From Podarcis tiliguerta (Eukaryota): 64,000 nt of DNA. Position 1 is the first letter of the stretch, and each line of letters opens with the position of its first letter. The stretch lies in assembly GCA_965153285.1 (NCBI GenBank), contig OZ229111.1. One strand, 5' to 3'. The translations under genes were made by a program, and so were the position numbers. Shown in pieces: positions 25,726 through 38,575 of the stretch. The notes below the pieces were generated by a model that searched no databases, was not told the DNA's origin, and saw nothing but the letters and a program-made list of their open reading frames with translations.

Positions 25726-27024
25726 TCTGCAATCTTCACAAACCTATAAAGTAGTTTAGTTTGCACATGGGGCTATTCAAGGAAGATGACTTATCTACAG
25801 TCATGTGGTTTAAAGGAACTTGATTCACAGCTCACATTCTTAGCAATAACACTACACCAGCTTTTTTATCACTGTTATAATACCAACAATGTTCTAGATG
25901 ATCAGTAGTTTCCAACCTTCTCCAACCTGGGAGCCACCTCAATTTCTCTCTTTTTTACCATATATTATTATGAGGTTGTGCCGCTGTTGCAACCCACCTT
26001 AGATGAGCTTGGAACCAGTAGGAGGTCCCAACCTGCTAATGGAAGACCAATGTTTGAGATGATTAACAAAATAAACACTATTAATGACAAAAGTGGAAGG
26101 GGGGAAAGTTTGGGGCTAATTTTTAAGCGTCTCTGTGAGTTCTTAGGAACTGAGTTTTAAATTACTGAGACTACTTACATTTACATTATTGACTTACCAG
26201 TTTTAGTTGTGGTTATTATGCCTTTTCATTCATGGCTGATGAAGTTTTGGAAGGGATTGACCCCTTTTCATTTCCAGCGTATTCAGAAGCCAGATTCACT
26301 CAGGTAAGTGATTCACAGCATGCTGTAACAGGAAAAAACTCTGGATCAGAAGAATGCTTGGTGGATTGGTTCCTTTTACAAGAAGCATCACCGATGAAGG
26401 AAGGGGGGAAATTGTCGCAGTATGTAATTTTATCTAACAGTCATTTTTTTTGCTGTTATAAACAGAACCATTGCCTAAAACTTCATCAAAATGTATTCTA
26501 GTTTCAATATGTTTCTTTGATAAACAGTAAATTTACCACTACAGTAAGCTCACAACTTACACAGGGGCTACATTATGGGGATCACGCCTTAATCCCAAAT
26601 TGTGTATAGTCAAAGCACACTGGGTTAAACGGCAGGTGGGGTTGCCAAAGTCTTTTTTTCTTGGATGGATGCATGCCCCCTTCTCCTTAACACACAGTTT
26701 TCGGTGTGAGGGGATTGTTTGAAGTCATATTCAACACATTCTCATTCTTTGCTTTTATACGGCACATACCGGTATATTACAGGCTCTATTGGTAAGACCA
26801 TTAGGGGAGCTCTGCTGCCAAAGGCCTATCTAGTCTGGTGTCCTGTTTCCCACAGTAGCCCAACCAATGAGAAGCCCACAAATAGGACATGAGTGCAACA
26901 GCCCTCTCCTGATTTGTTCTCCATCTTAGAATTCCCTCCTATAAGAAAGGAAAGGAGTAATGTTTCCTCTAAGATCGTGCTGGATCTGCCACTCACATTT
27001 TTCTAAGCAACTGACTTGAAAATA

Positions 27025-27364
27025 CAGTGGTGCCCTGCACGACGAATGCCTCGCAAGAGGGAAAACCCGCTAGATGAAAGGGTTTTCCGTTTTTCGATGC
27101 GCTTCACAGGACGAATTTCCATATGGGCTTGCTTCGCAAGACGAAAATGTCTTGCGAGTCTTGAGATTTTTTTTCGCTCCCCACCCCCTTTTTCTAAGCC
27201 GCTAAACCGCTAATAGCCTTTTAGCAGCTAATCCGCTAATCCCTTAAGCCTTTATTAGCCACTAATAGCGCTAATCCGCTAATAGGGTTGCTTCGCAAGA
27301 CGAAAAAACCGCTAGACGAAGAGACTCGCGGAACGAATTAATTTTGTCTTGCGAGGCACCACTG
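27025..27364. mobile_element. Tc1/mariner-pogo-type MITE, family 2 (CpG-rich)
   Basis: TIRs CAGTGGTGCC ... GGCACCACTG; TA TSD; internal CGCAAGACGAA and CCGCTAA repeats. Confidence 0.88.
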
Positions 27365-29659
27365 TATTTGTTTTTAGTAATTTTTTGTAAAATCTGCTAT
27401 TATAACAAAAATTCGCAACATTTAAATCCATTACTCTACTTTTAATTGACTAAATGTTGCAGCTCTATTCAGATAGTTTCCTATCTGTGAGTGGAAATGT
27501 TTGCTTGCAGCTAATTTGGCCTATATGTTAACAATTGCAGCAAGGAAAAGAGTTTGGTTATTGAAATGAATGGAAGAGTTGGAGGGCAGAAGGCCCAGCA
27601 CCCATGTTCTTTCATTTTAAGGAAGCTCACATACACATTGAAGTTTGCAGCAGTAAACACCATAAAAGACGAAGCAGGTACTTGTTTGTAAGTACACAAC
27701 AGTATACATGAAAGGAAGCCATGAATACATGTTCACAGTGTGTTTACAAAACCACATCACCAAACATGCTAGCAAGAAGGAACAAAGGTTCGTTCATCTT
27801 ACCATTGTTTTAAAAAGCACCTTTCTGGCAGAGTATAGGATAGCCATGACTACAAATTACATACAGTTCAGACACTGGAGGACAGAGGACAACAATACAT
27901 GTATGTTTATGTTTTTAAATATAAGCCGCTTGGAAACCCTGGTAACAAAAATGACCAATAAATCTAAATAATAACAGCGGGTAGTTGAGGCACAAACAAG
28001 GCTTCTAATCTTTTTTTAAGACTCGCAGCAAGCTGCTTTTCAACGAGCATATTTTTAAAGGCAGGCAGTTGCAGTTTTTAAAATCTATTTATGTACTGCT
28101 TGATTGCAATAAAGCCTCTAAGCTGTTTACAAAAAAGTTGGGATTCGACAATCCAGCAGTCCCTCCCAACTCAGTGTCACTCTAATGTCCATTTTACAGT
28201 TGTTCCCCAAAAATCCATGTCCAAGGAAAGAACCGAAAGCACATGGAGCCCACATATTTTATCATATAGACCATGGACTCAAGGACAGCTGCTGCATTTT
28301 ATTAAAGAGGGGTTATCAAGTGGTGATCAAAGGTGAAGCTAAAACATTTTAGGCTCTACTGCTCTTAAATACTCATCTCTACAAGAAATGTTTGTTTGAA
28401 CATTATTATGAACATGGACATGTGTAAACAACATGTTAGGATAGCACTGCTGCTATCCACATGTGCGTAAAATGAGGCCTCTCCAGTTGAAAAACATTTT
28501 GCAGTCTAGGGGGATCAGCGTACATATGCACATGTTGAAATAAAAACAAGTGCAAGGACAACAAAAGTAATCAAATTAGATAGTCCTTCCTCAAAGGGAT
28601 TGGAAACAGGGTATTATCAAAGTTTCATATCATTGGGGAAAAGATGACACCATCACACTTTCTGATTTACATATTTGAGGATGCATGCACGCACGGTAGG
28701 TAATATTCAGCTTGTTAATTCTGAGAGTCTGTTCAAAACAACAACTGTTCTGCATGGAGCAGGTGGAACCTGCCCCCTGCCCCCAGTCAGATTTTAAGTG
28801 CATGTCTGGGAATCAGCCCTTAAAAACAACTGGTGTGTGTTCAAACAGGTTAGGAGATGATCAAATATACTCTTATTTTCTTGTTTACTTTCCTTCTTCA
28901 ACAATCCCCACTTTGTCAAAATGTCTACAGGGAACCTGAATGGAGCAGCTGCAAGGTCCCCAAGGCTAAGGCATCAGGTTGTTTACAAAACAGTCCTACC
29001 ACCAAGCAACAAAACAAAAGAAAACATTTTGTTCTTCTTTGCTAGAATTCAGTACAACTTGCGGTTTAAAAAACAAAAAAACCAACAACCCTGCACCTCG
29101 CTCATATATCTTTTAAGTGAAGTTAAATGTTAAGTCATATATTTTAATCCAAACAAGTTTAATTTTAGTGAATGCCCATGTCATTTGTGACACGGCCCTT
29201 TGATAAATGAGCTGTTTGGGGAAGTTATGAATGAAGCGATATAGGAGCTTAATCTTCTCAACACTGCTGCCTATTGCTTATTGGAAACTTGACACAATGA
29301 TTTCTTGGAAATAAAGGAGAGGTAAAAGTGGTTTATATCATGAACCGGGTCCTTCTGGGAGAACCTGAAAGTATTTCAAAAAATAATAGCTTGGAATTGA
29401 AAGTAAACGAAGCCAAGGATCTCATATTCTTGGGTCCCACAAGGTAACGGGACTCTGTTTTTCCAAACAGGTTATGTAGCATTGCATGAAGTGGGACAAT
29501 ATACTTCCCTTCCCCTTATTTTCTTTGAAGAAACAGAAAGTACAAATGGTATTGGACAAAGGCAGGAAGGGGGGAAAAGCAATTCTGAGAGTGTTAGCAT
29601 TACCTCAACAAGGGAACATTTGCACTGTCATGTTATTATTATAAATGTTATTATTGTTA

Positions 29660-29890
29660 CTGTCATATTTATTATCTGCCCAATAGGTCCCAGTGCGAGT
29701 TACAATTTAAAATTCAGTACTAAAAACTGTTAAATTAAATCGAAAGAACAAGAACAGGGTCAGCACTGAAAACACACATCTCCGGTGTCAAAGGCCAGGG
29801 TAAAGAGGAAAGTATTCAGCATTCACCCAAAACTGTACAGTGAAGGTGCCAGTTGAACCTTTTTGTGGAGGGACTTTCACAATTTTGGGC
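29660..29890 (-). mobile_element. L2-like LINE 3' fragment
   Basis: Reverse of an L2 ORF2 C-terminus and tail (AAAGGCCAGGGTAAAGAGG...GAAGGTGCCAG...GGAGGGACTTTCACAAT). Confidence 0.55.
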
Positions 29891-30029
29891 TTATGCCAAG
29901 TCAGCCACAGCTGACTCCAGTACTGGGAAGACATTTGCATGGGTGCAAATGTGGGTTATGGGCATGTTAAGACTTTTCTCCAGCATTATACTGAACACAA
30001 TGAGTAGGGAATGCCACAATATCTTATGT

Positions 30030-30118
30030 GATACATGCAGAAAGCCCCCGTTCAATCCATGGCATCTCCAATTAAAGGATGTCTGATAGCAAGACTGGGA
30101 AAGACCTCTGGCATGGAG
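30030..30118 (+). mobile_element. tRNA-derived SINE fragment (Squam2-like)
   Basis: CATGCAGAAAG...GTTCAATCCATGGCATCTCC...CTGGGAAAGACCTCTG; related minus-strand fragments at about 31580-31690 and 34245-34420. Confidence 0.5.
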
Positions 30119-30531
30119 TTTAAAACATAGCCTGAAGCCTACATATATGTTCTTTTTTCTTACTCAAAATTAAATGCTGCAATTATATGGACTGGGTTGC
30201 AGCATATAGTGGGTAGGTGGGGGGCATGTGGGGGGAGGAGGAGAGAGGCAGAGCTTCCACAACTCTTTGAAAACTTGACCTCCACTGTTCCCAATAGCTT
30301 AAAAAAAATTAAAATCCCACGGTTATTAGTGGGACACTTTTTTTACTCCTGGAATTTGCCCCATAGGATATGCGTTAGGGGGAGTAAGGGTTGTGGCAGG
30401 TGAGGAAAGCAGTAAACCTCCTCTCCCTGTACACTGTTGTCCCAATCTGGAATGAGCCCTCCATGTTTAGTTTTGAGTGAAAAAAAGTGCATGCTTTGCC
30501 ACAGGCCATTTTTACATTTTTAATTACCATA

Positions 30532-30749
30532 CAGTGGTACCTCTGGTTACGAACTTAATTCGTTCTGGAGGTCCGTTCTTAACCTGAAACCGTTCTTAAC
30601 CTGAGGTACCACTTTAGCTAATGGGGCCTCCCACTGCTGCCAGCATGCGATTTCTGTTCTCATCCTGAAGTAAAGTTCTTCACCCGAGGTACTACTTCCA
30701 GGTTAGCGGAGTCTGTAACCCGAGGTGTTTGTAACCCGAGGTACCATTG
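30532..30749. mobile_element. Tc1/mariner-pogo-type MITE, family 1
   Basis: CAGTGGTACCTC ... GAGGTACCATTG; TA TSD. Confidence 0.9.
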
Positions 30750-32779
30750 TACACTCCAGTTTTCTTAATGGTGATCCTTTCCGAACAATTCAGGAATGCA
30801 TCTAACCAACTATCACTAGGCCTGAGTAAGATAGGTCAAAGCCTTCCCTCACTTCTTGGTAAGTCATCAGTGCTCAAAGGGTAACAATGCAAAGATGAAG
30901 TAACAAAACATATAGTTCTCTTAAATTTCATGATATAAGGTCAGACTGCTAACAACTGTCATAGAGATTCTCTGCAACCATTGATCTGATTATCAGCTGT
31001 TGTTGTTGTTGTTACAACAGGGAGGCCCTTTGAGGTCTCTTCAGAGGGGCGAAACGTTCCTTAAAAAGGATTATTTTCCTATCTGCAGAGAATGTGATTC
31101 CTCCAGCTTCCTTGGAAGTTCCTGAAAGTGAACTCCCTGGTGCACCTAATCCCAGCTCACTGTTGGGGCTTCAGTTGTTTAGGCTGCAACTATCAGTTGA
31201 TCATTGTTGTTTGCAGAGAGCACTGCATTGTGCTTTGAAGCCCCAACAATCAGCTGAAAGTTGGGGCCTCATTCCAAAGGGCTATGCAGAAGCAGACCAG
31301 CAGTGATCAGCAGCACATGCAACCCCTTTTTTGGCCCAGCCGCGAGTTTACCTACCCCATGCTTGAGGGCCAAGTGAACATAGCCTAGCCAAAATAGCCT
31401 GGAGGGCTTAATGAGGTCTGTGAGCCAGAGGCTCCCTACCCTTGCTCATCAGTGGCACCTGGAAAAAGGCACTCCTGTCCATAGGCATCACCTGCACACC
31501 TAGAAGCAAGGCTGCATACAGAAGTACCCTCCAACAGCTCCTGGTTTTTCAGGAACGTGGGAGCAGAGGGAAATAAGCTGAATCAGATCGGTTGGTCCAT
31601 CTACTGCTCACAATGAATGGCAGCAGCTCTCCACAGTATCAGGCAGGACTTTCTTTCCCACCCCATCCTGGTGGTCCGGGGATTAAACAGTATTTAATAG
31701 GTTTAAATAATATTTATGAAGCACTTTAGGATCTCAAACTGAAGGCCTTATTGCATCTCAGGAGCCTATTATAAAAAATCTTTTGGGGAGACAGGCAGTC
31801 AATAGCAATGGGGCTGTGTGAATGGTGGTACAAAAATGGGTCCTGAGATACTCATCTCTGCCGGTCAAAATGTATTTCCAAACAAGTAAATGCCAATTCA
31901 GAACATACAAACACATTACCTTTATGACCAAGAAGCATTTTACTCGTCCTTTCAAGATCCCTCTTTGCTATTGTTAACAGTAAAACCTTTTGTAGCCGGG
32001 TTTTCTCTCTTCAGTTTCTTATCCTTTTAATCTACTGTATGTTGTGAACCCAGCTCTGTCACTTGTCAAGCTCTCTTTAGAACCAATGACAACAGCAGCG
32101 CCCCACCAAAGGCTAACCGCCCAAACATTCAGCATTCCTGGCACACAACGCAAGCATGCCACATCCCTCTGGTTTTCTTTATCTCCCAGGAAAGTCATCT
32201 AAAGAGCACCTCTGCCTCCCATGTGATTTCCAGCGTTACCAGTACAAACAAGAAGTACACCGAGGAAGTATTTAACGAGATACGGTTTCCACATACTGGC
32301 AACAGAGGCAACATTCACAGCCACTTGGTTACACACTTCTATGTATAATACAACTCGTGTTTCCACATATTGTTTAGGCAACCCTGCAGAGGGGAGGGGG
32401 GAACCCAGTCATTTATCAACCATGTCTACTCCCTCTGATATCCAGATTTATCATTCTTCACCAGATTAAATTATTTATCCTTCACATTTAGCAAATGAGG
32501 AGGGGTGTGTGCAGAAAAGGGGATTTTCTTTTTCTTTTTTTAATAACCATGCAACATCCCCTTCCAAATAATTAAAAAGAACCCTGATGTGTGCGGAGTC
32601 TCCCAGAACCAGCTGTACATACCGAGATGAGGAGAGCAGAGTTCAGCACACCCTCATGCCACACTGGCCAATTATTATGCCTTTGCTGCTGGTTTCACAG
32701 TCTCCTTCCAAGAGAACTGTTGCAGCGTAGTGACCATAGGAAGTCCCTGGGGAAGTCCCCTCGCCACCAACCCTCAGAT

Positions 32780-32992
32780 ATGCCAATGTGGTGTGGTGGT
32801 TCGCATGCTGCACCCTTGGAGACCAGGGTTCAAATTCTCACTCAGCTATGAAGCTCACTAGGTGACCCAGGGCCAGTCCTGTCTCTTAGCCTAAATTACC
32901 TCGCAGGGTTGTTGTGGGAACGAGTTGAGGAGTGGGAGAACTGTGTAAGCCACCTTGGAGGAAAGGTGGGATGGAAATCTAATAAATACATA
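32780..32992 (+). mobile_element. Old tRNA-derived SINE (MIR/Squam3-related)
   Basis: A-box-like GTGGTGTGGTGG, B-box GGGTTCAAATTC, CORE-like GGTGACCCAGGGCCAGTC...ACCTCGCAGGGTTGTTGTG, AATAAATA tail. Confidence 0.7.
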
Positions 32993-34619
32993 ACTGGGGC
33001 TCATTACAGCTAGATAATGCATGTGAAGTGTTTTGGATACTTGTAAGGGCTATGTAGAAATTAATTTTTAAAAATTACTATTTATTTTAATTATGATCAT
33101 ATCACCTCTTACAATCATGTTATTATTTACCTATTGTTACTTGCCATCTCTTACAGTGCAATCCTATATATTTTTACTTGGAAATAAGTCTTCCTGTTTT
33201 CAAGGGAACTGTTCCCAGCTAAGTGTGCACACTACTCTAACCTTGGTATACAATTAGGCCAAAAGACCAGACACAGTGTTGGCATATGAGTGCAGAGGGC
33301 AGGATTTCTCATTTCATTTCAGCCAGCTGGCATAAGTTGTTTAATATATAGATTTCAGAAATCCACAATCTGCGTACAAACCCAATTGTGAGATATTTAT
33401 TTAGTACACACAGCATTCTCTATCCTACCCACCCACTGCACCAAAACAGTGGGACTGATCCAATTCATTCCTTAGTTATTATTGATCTCTCAGTTTAGAA
33501 ATTACTGTATATATGCATGCATACATACATACATGCAGGGAGCAGTACACCACTAGAGTCAAGGCAATTTTCCATTGATATAATCAATCTGGATTGTACC
33601 CAAAGTGTTTTCTTCTTTCCATTAAGAGTGTTCCTTTGCCTTGTTCAGCATCCAATCAAATAAAATGAAGTTAGTAACCCCACAAGACAGTGTGCATGAT
33701 GTAACAAGAGTCTTCTTATCTGTCGAGCACTTTAGCTCAAACGCTGAACGTTTTATGTTTCCCTGCAGTGCACGGGGATCCAGCTGGTTTGGCCAGACTA
33801 CGAAAATAAGCTTCAAATGACCAAATGCAACTGCAGCTTTAAAAGTAGGAACCAAACCAGACACAACAAACCACAGTACAGTCAGCCTAACTTGTCATAA
33901 TTCATGTGTGTGGAATTTGACTGCAACAGCCTCCTCCGAGTTCTAGAATCCTGCCACTGCCACATTCCAAGCAGAATGTCAAGCTACCGCTGGCTACAAA
34001 GCTATGCAGTTGAGTTGTTAATCACTATATACATAGCCTATCATACATATAAACTGAAATTGCTAGACTTGTGTGTAAACATGGCGTTGGGACAATTACT
34101 GAAGATTAATGCACTCGGTTCAGGGCATAACTGATGCAACAGGAACGGTGCAGGAATGGATGTTAAGACAAAAGTTGCTACTACCCACTTCCATTCAGAG
34201 AAGTCCAAAGATTCCCAAATGAAGATAAATACCTGCCGTGCTGAAGTCAGACCCTTGGTCCACCTAGTTCAGTACTGTCTATACCAGAGGTTGGGAAATT
34301 ATGACCCATCAGAAGCTGTTGGGACTCCCAACTTCCATCAGCGCTTGCCAGACGTGGTTTGCCAGGTGGGGCAGCTGGATTGCTGGTGTCATTACAGATG
34401 GCAGAGCTCTCCACAGGTGGAGATGCAATGTTTCTCCTAAGGCCCAATACTAGGGAACAGGAACTACGGGGTACTTTAAACTTCCTGCTTCCACCAAATC
34501 TAAAAACCAACATCCGAAACCGGTCCTCATTAGGTCAAAAAGGAAATTTCAGGGGTGAGATTAGTCTCAGCTAGTATAGAGTTTTATTCCAGCAGTTGAC
34601 TCTGCACTACTTTTGAAGT

Positions 34620-34980
34620 AAAGTAAAGGTAAAGGTACCCCTGCCCGTACGGGCCAGTCTTTCCAGACTCTAGGGTTGTGCGCTCATCTCACTCTATAGG
34701 CCGGGAGCCAGCGCTGTCCGCAGACACTTCCGGGTCACGTGGCCAGCGTGACAAGCTGCATCTGGCGAGCCAGCGCAGCACACGGAACGCCGTTTACCTT
34801 CCCACTGGTAAGCGGTCCCTATTTATCTACTTGCACCCGGGGGTGCTTTCGAACTGCTAGGTTGGCAGGCGCTGGGACCGAACAACGGGAGCGCATCCCG
34901 CCGCGGGGATTTGAACCGCCGACCATGCGATCGGCAAGTCCTAGGCGCTGAGGTTTTACCCACAGTGCCACCCGCGTCCC
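34620..34980 (-). mobile_element. Sauria SINE, full length, subfamily B
   Basis: (AAAGGT)n tail on +, GGGACGCGGGTGGC head on -; TSD ACTTTTGAAGT at 34609-34619 and 34986-34996. Confidence 0.93.
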
Positions 34981-35881
34981 CAAGGACTTTTGAAGTGCTT
35001 TGAAGTAATATCATCCAGAAAAAGTACCTTACTCTGAATTTGTTCATCTACATAAGCCAAGTTTTATTACTCTTGCTAAAAGGCCACTGTGTGATTCCCC
35101 CCTTCTTACATCTGAATCAAATAATGGTACAGGCGGCGACCATTTTGCACAGGGGTTCCATTCCCAGTCCCTGTGCGTGTCAAAGGAGTGCATGCCCCGC
35201 CCCACTCCACCCCTGTTCTGCCCCCATTCTGCCCCCTGAGTCCAAAAGGACCCATGCATCTGTGGTCAGTTAGATGCACCTAAAATAGCCATCGCCAGCA
35301 TCTGGCTGTCATGTAACTTCTAGGAAGATTTGCAAGTTAATACACCATTACGCTGTGCCTTCATTTCATGCCTGGCATGTGAATGAAAACAAGGGTGAGG
35401 CAAATTAAGGTGGCAGAGTGACTGAATGGAAACATAAGCCATGGAGAAGCTCCTGAAAAATGAGGGAGTTTTCCATTAAAATCTGCAACTGGAAGTTCTC
35501 CAGTAACAGCGGAAACTCAGTTACTAATTAGACAACAGTAGTGCTCTATTAATATATACCATAGTTGACTAGATAAAGGGTGAAAGTCTTGTGAGTTGAA
35601 CTATTCTTCCCAGTGGCTCCCAATACAAAAGGGATGCCTGAAAAGGAGAATCTTGTGACTCTAGAACAGTGAGAGGTCTGGTTCCCTAAAGGCCTCCTAG
35701 TAACCCAGGTAACAGAGCCGGCATCTACTGCAGGTGGTTATTTGCCCTAAGATGAAAAATGTCTTGGGATAATCTTGGCTATGTTGCAGGGACTAGGACC
35801 TCTCATCACATAGCCTTGAATGTTTTCTCCCATGCCTTTTCTGCCAATTCCCTATTTCTGAAGTTAGGTACGTACGTGTGT

Positions 35882-35907
35882 ACACACACACACACACACA
35901 CACACAC
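35882..35907. repeat. (AC)n microsatellite
   Basis: Read directly from sequence. Confidence 0.95.
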
Positions 35908-36338
35908 CTGATTTACTTGGCAGTACTCTGAAAACATCGTCACAAATAAATAAATACTTTTCCAGCCAGTATCCAGTTCAGTCTGTGTTATGATTTTATG
36001 CAGATTCATATCATATCAAATCGCCCAGTGCCACAAAATGATGGAAGTTCTGCCTAGTCATCTGAGACAACCGTAAAATAAAGTAACAATGCAAAATGTA
36101 TTTGTCCACAATTGCCCAAGGGGGCAACTGGGTTTAGCAACTAAACTTGCACAAGGTTTATATTATTGCCCAGTAGTTTACGCTGTTTTATTAACTGCCA
36201 GTAAAACACCTATTGCATTCAGTGACAGTACAGCATACATACACAGGTTTGAAGACAATATTACATATGAAACTGCCCAGTCAATCTCGTCTTTATAGCT
36301 GTCCACTCAGGCAGCAACTAACAATGGCTAATTCATTA

Positions 36339-36696
36339 AGGTAAAGGTACCCCTGCCTGTACGGGCCAGTCTTGACAGACTCTAGGGTTGTGCACCCATC
36401 TCACTCAAAGAGGCCAAGGGCCAGCGCTGTCCGAAGACACTTCCGGGTCACGTGGCCAGCGTGACAAGCTGCATCTGGCGAGCCAGAGTCGCACACGGAA
36501 ACGCCGTTTACCTTCCCGCTAGTAAGCGGTCCCTATTTATCTACTTGCACCCAGGGGTGCTTTCGAACTGCTAGGTTGGCAGGCGCTGGGACCGAACAGC
36601 GGGAGCGCACCCCGCCGCGGGGATTCGAACCGCCGACCTTTCGATCGGCAAGCCCTAGGCACTGAGGCTTTAACCCACAGCGCCACCCGCGTCCCC
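36339..36696 (-). mobile_element. Sauria SINE, full length, subfamily B
   Basis: TSD GGCTAATTCATTA at 36326-36338 and 36697-36709; intact B-box GGTTCGAATCCC on minus strand. Confidence 0.94.
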
Positions 36697-37057
36697 GGCT
36701 AATTCATTACTGTTATCAAAACAAGGGTACACCATCAACATTCTATCCACCATCATAATGGAAAATTCAAAGAAATATCAGAATGAAAGCATGTTTGTAT
36801 GGAAGTTGTGTCTTTCCATGAAGCTAGAATCCAATAACTTGAGCAAATAACTCAAAGTGTTTCTCAAAACGAACAGTTCTATTTTTTAAAAAATGAGAAA
36901 ATTAGCCTATTATATTGTCATGAAATAAGAAATAATTGTTATTTCCCCCTTTCCAAAAGAACTTTTAAAAAGTAATTTTGTCTGGTCAAGATCAATTAAA
37001 ACAGTACTAGTCGGTAAGAGCGACACCTAACTTGGGTATGTCAGTGTTATCCTAGTG

Positions 37058-37190
37058 CAGGGGTAGCCAATGTGGTGCCATTCATATATTGTTGAGACTA
37101 CAACTCCCATAATCTCCGGCAATTGGCCATGCTGGCTGAGACTGATTGAAGTTCGAGTCCAACTACGAAGGTTCCATGTTGGTTACCCCT
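37058..37190. mobile_element. Decayed hairpin hAT-type MITE
   Basis: CAGGGGTAGCCAA ... TTGGTTACCCCT with internal GACTACAACTCCCAT. Confidence 0.65.
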
Positions 37191-37319
37191 TTCTTCCTCT
37201 TTCTCTTCCTCTTCCTCTTCTTCTTCTTCTTCCTTGGCAATCACTCGTAGCCAAGTAAGATTGTCTTCCATGAACACAGTTTTAACAGTGAGTCTGTAAC
37301 TGACTGTGGAGGCCAATTA
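37191..37319 (-). mobile_element. RTE-clade LINE extreme 3' end with (GAA)n-type tail
   Basis: Minus strand translates IGLHSQLQTHC*, like the RTE ORF C-terminal IGLxSHxRTH; then a short 3'UTR and GAA/GAG repeats. Confidence 0.7.
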
Positions 37320-38524
37320 CTGTAACAGAACAACGATAATTCAGGACTTAGAACTGGGTAAGAGCAGAACTAGTTGGGAGAACCTACAGATTCTACTCTG
37401 GTTTAGTGAAATTCAGCCAAGTATTCCATGTAACGAAAGCACAGGACAATGGTGTGGGGAGGTGAAGTTGTTAAGATCCGCAGATATTCCATTTCACTCA
37501 CTAGTCCTTCAGCCCATTAAACCACATTTATTGGGCTTTTGCACCTAATGTTGGAATCCAAGGATGGTCTAGGGATTCTGCTCACCATGACATTGAAGTG
37601 ATATCTAGTATAGTTTTGAGGACCTCCATGCTTTAGTTCTGGAGGACTTCCAACATCAGAACTGAGCCCTACATTCCGGCAAAGTTCCAGTCCAAACAAC
37701 AACCCTATGGGCTTCACCAATTGTCCTAATACATTCAGTTGGGCATATGCCTACCTAATTTAGTTTTCTGCTCTGGACAAGAAGAATGCGATGTTTGGGG
37801 AGAGCCTGAGTGATTGCTTTGTCATCTTTACCTATTAATATGGGGGCACAGAATTCTCTAACTTCTACAGCAGAGGTCACCAAGCAGAAATGCCATGCTG
37901 CTAGTTATGAAATGTCTGTTATGGGGACATAGAATATCACAAAATGGATGGGGGGAGATGGCCCAACACAAAATGGCTGCCTCATCTAAAAGAGGAGAAA
38001 CAGGACCACAGAATTGTGCTAGCATACCCTCCTGCAATAAATGGGGGAAGGAGTACCTATATCAGCCAATGTTTCACTCGCTCACAGAGAGCAGCTCTTT
38101 GCACTGCTCCAGAACTGTTAGGAGGGTGGCAATTAAATCCTGGCAAGCAATGTGGGCATGTGGGAAACTCATTAAGGTGGTCCATCATCAGAAGCTACTG
38201 GATGAATACCGCAGGTTTCCCAGCTTGCTCTTAGGGATTTTTCAGCTGACTCGACAATTGACCCTGTTGATGCTCTTACCTATTTATGAGATACTAAGAT
38301 TGTAAGTGTTGACGTGATTGTTCCCAAATGGCCTCTTCAACTGACAAGAATCAAGACAGTGCCCTCGTTTTCTAGATATCTGCTAAAAACTGATCCACTG
38401 AGACATATAGCACAGGTGGAAAATTCACAATTAATCCAATCAAATGCAGTTTGGAACCCATTTGCAGATCTCTTCTGCAGCAGTGCTGGAAGCAAAGAAT
38501 CTGCTAGTATTACACTTGCAGAAT

Positions 38525-38575
38525 GTCAAGCAGATATTGTATACCTGGAGTTTCAAAAAGCCTTTACAAAGTCAA
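38525..38575 (+). mobile_element. Tiny CR1 RT fragment
   Basis: DIVYLEFQKAFTK resembles the CR1 RT motif DxxYLDFxKAFDKV. Confidence 0.55.

Noticed and set aside
27025-27364. Internally repeated units suggestive of an array
   Set aside because: Internal repeats of a TA-flanked MITE; no repeat-spacer periodicity, and the context is eukaryotic.
37895-38305. 136-aa ORF
   Set aside because: No domain or motif and no splice context; likely chance.
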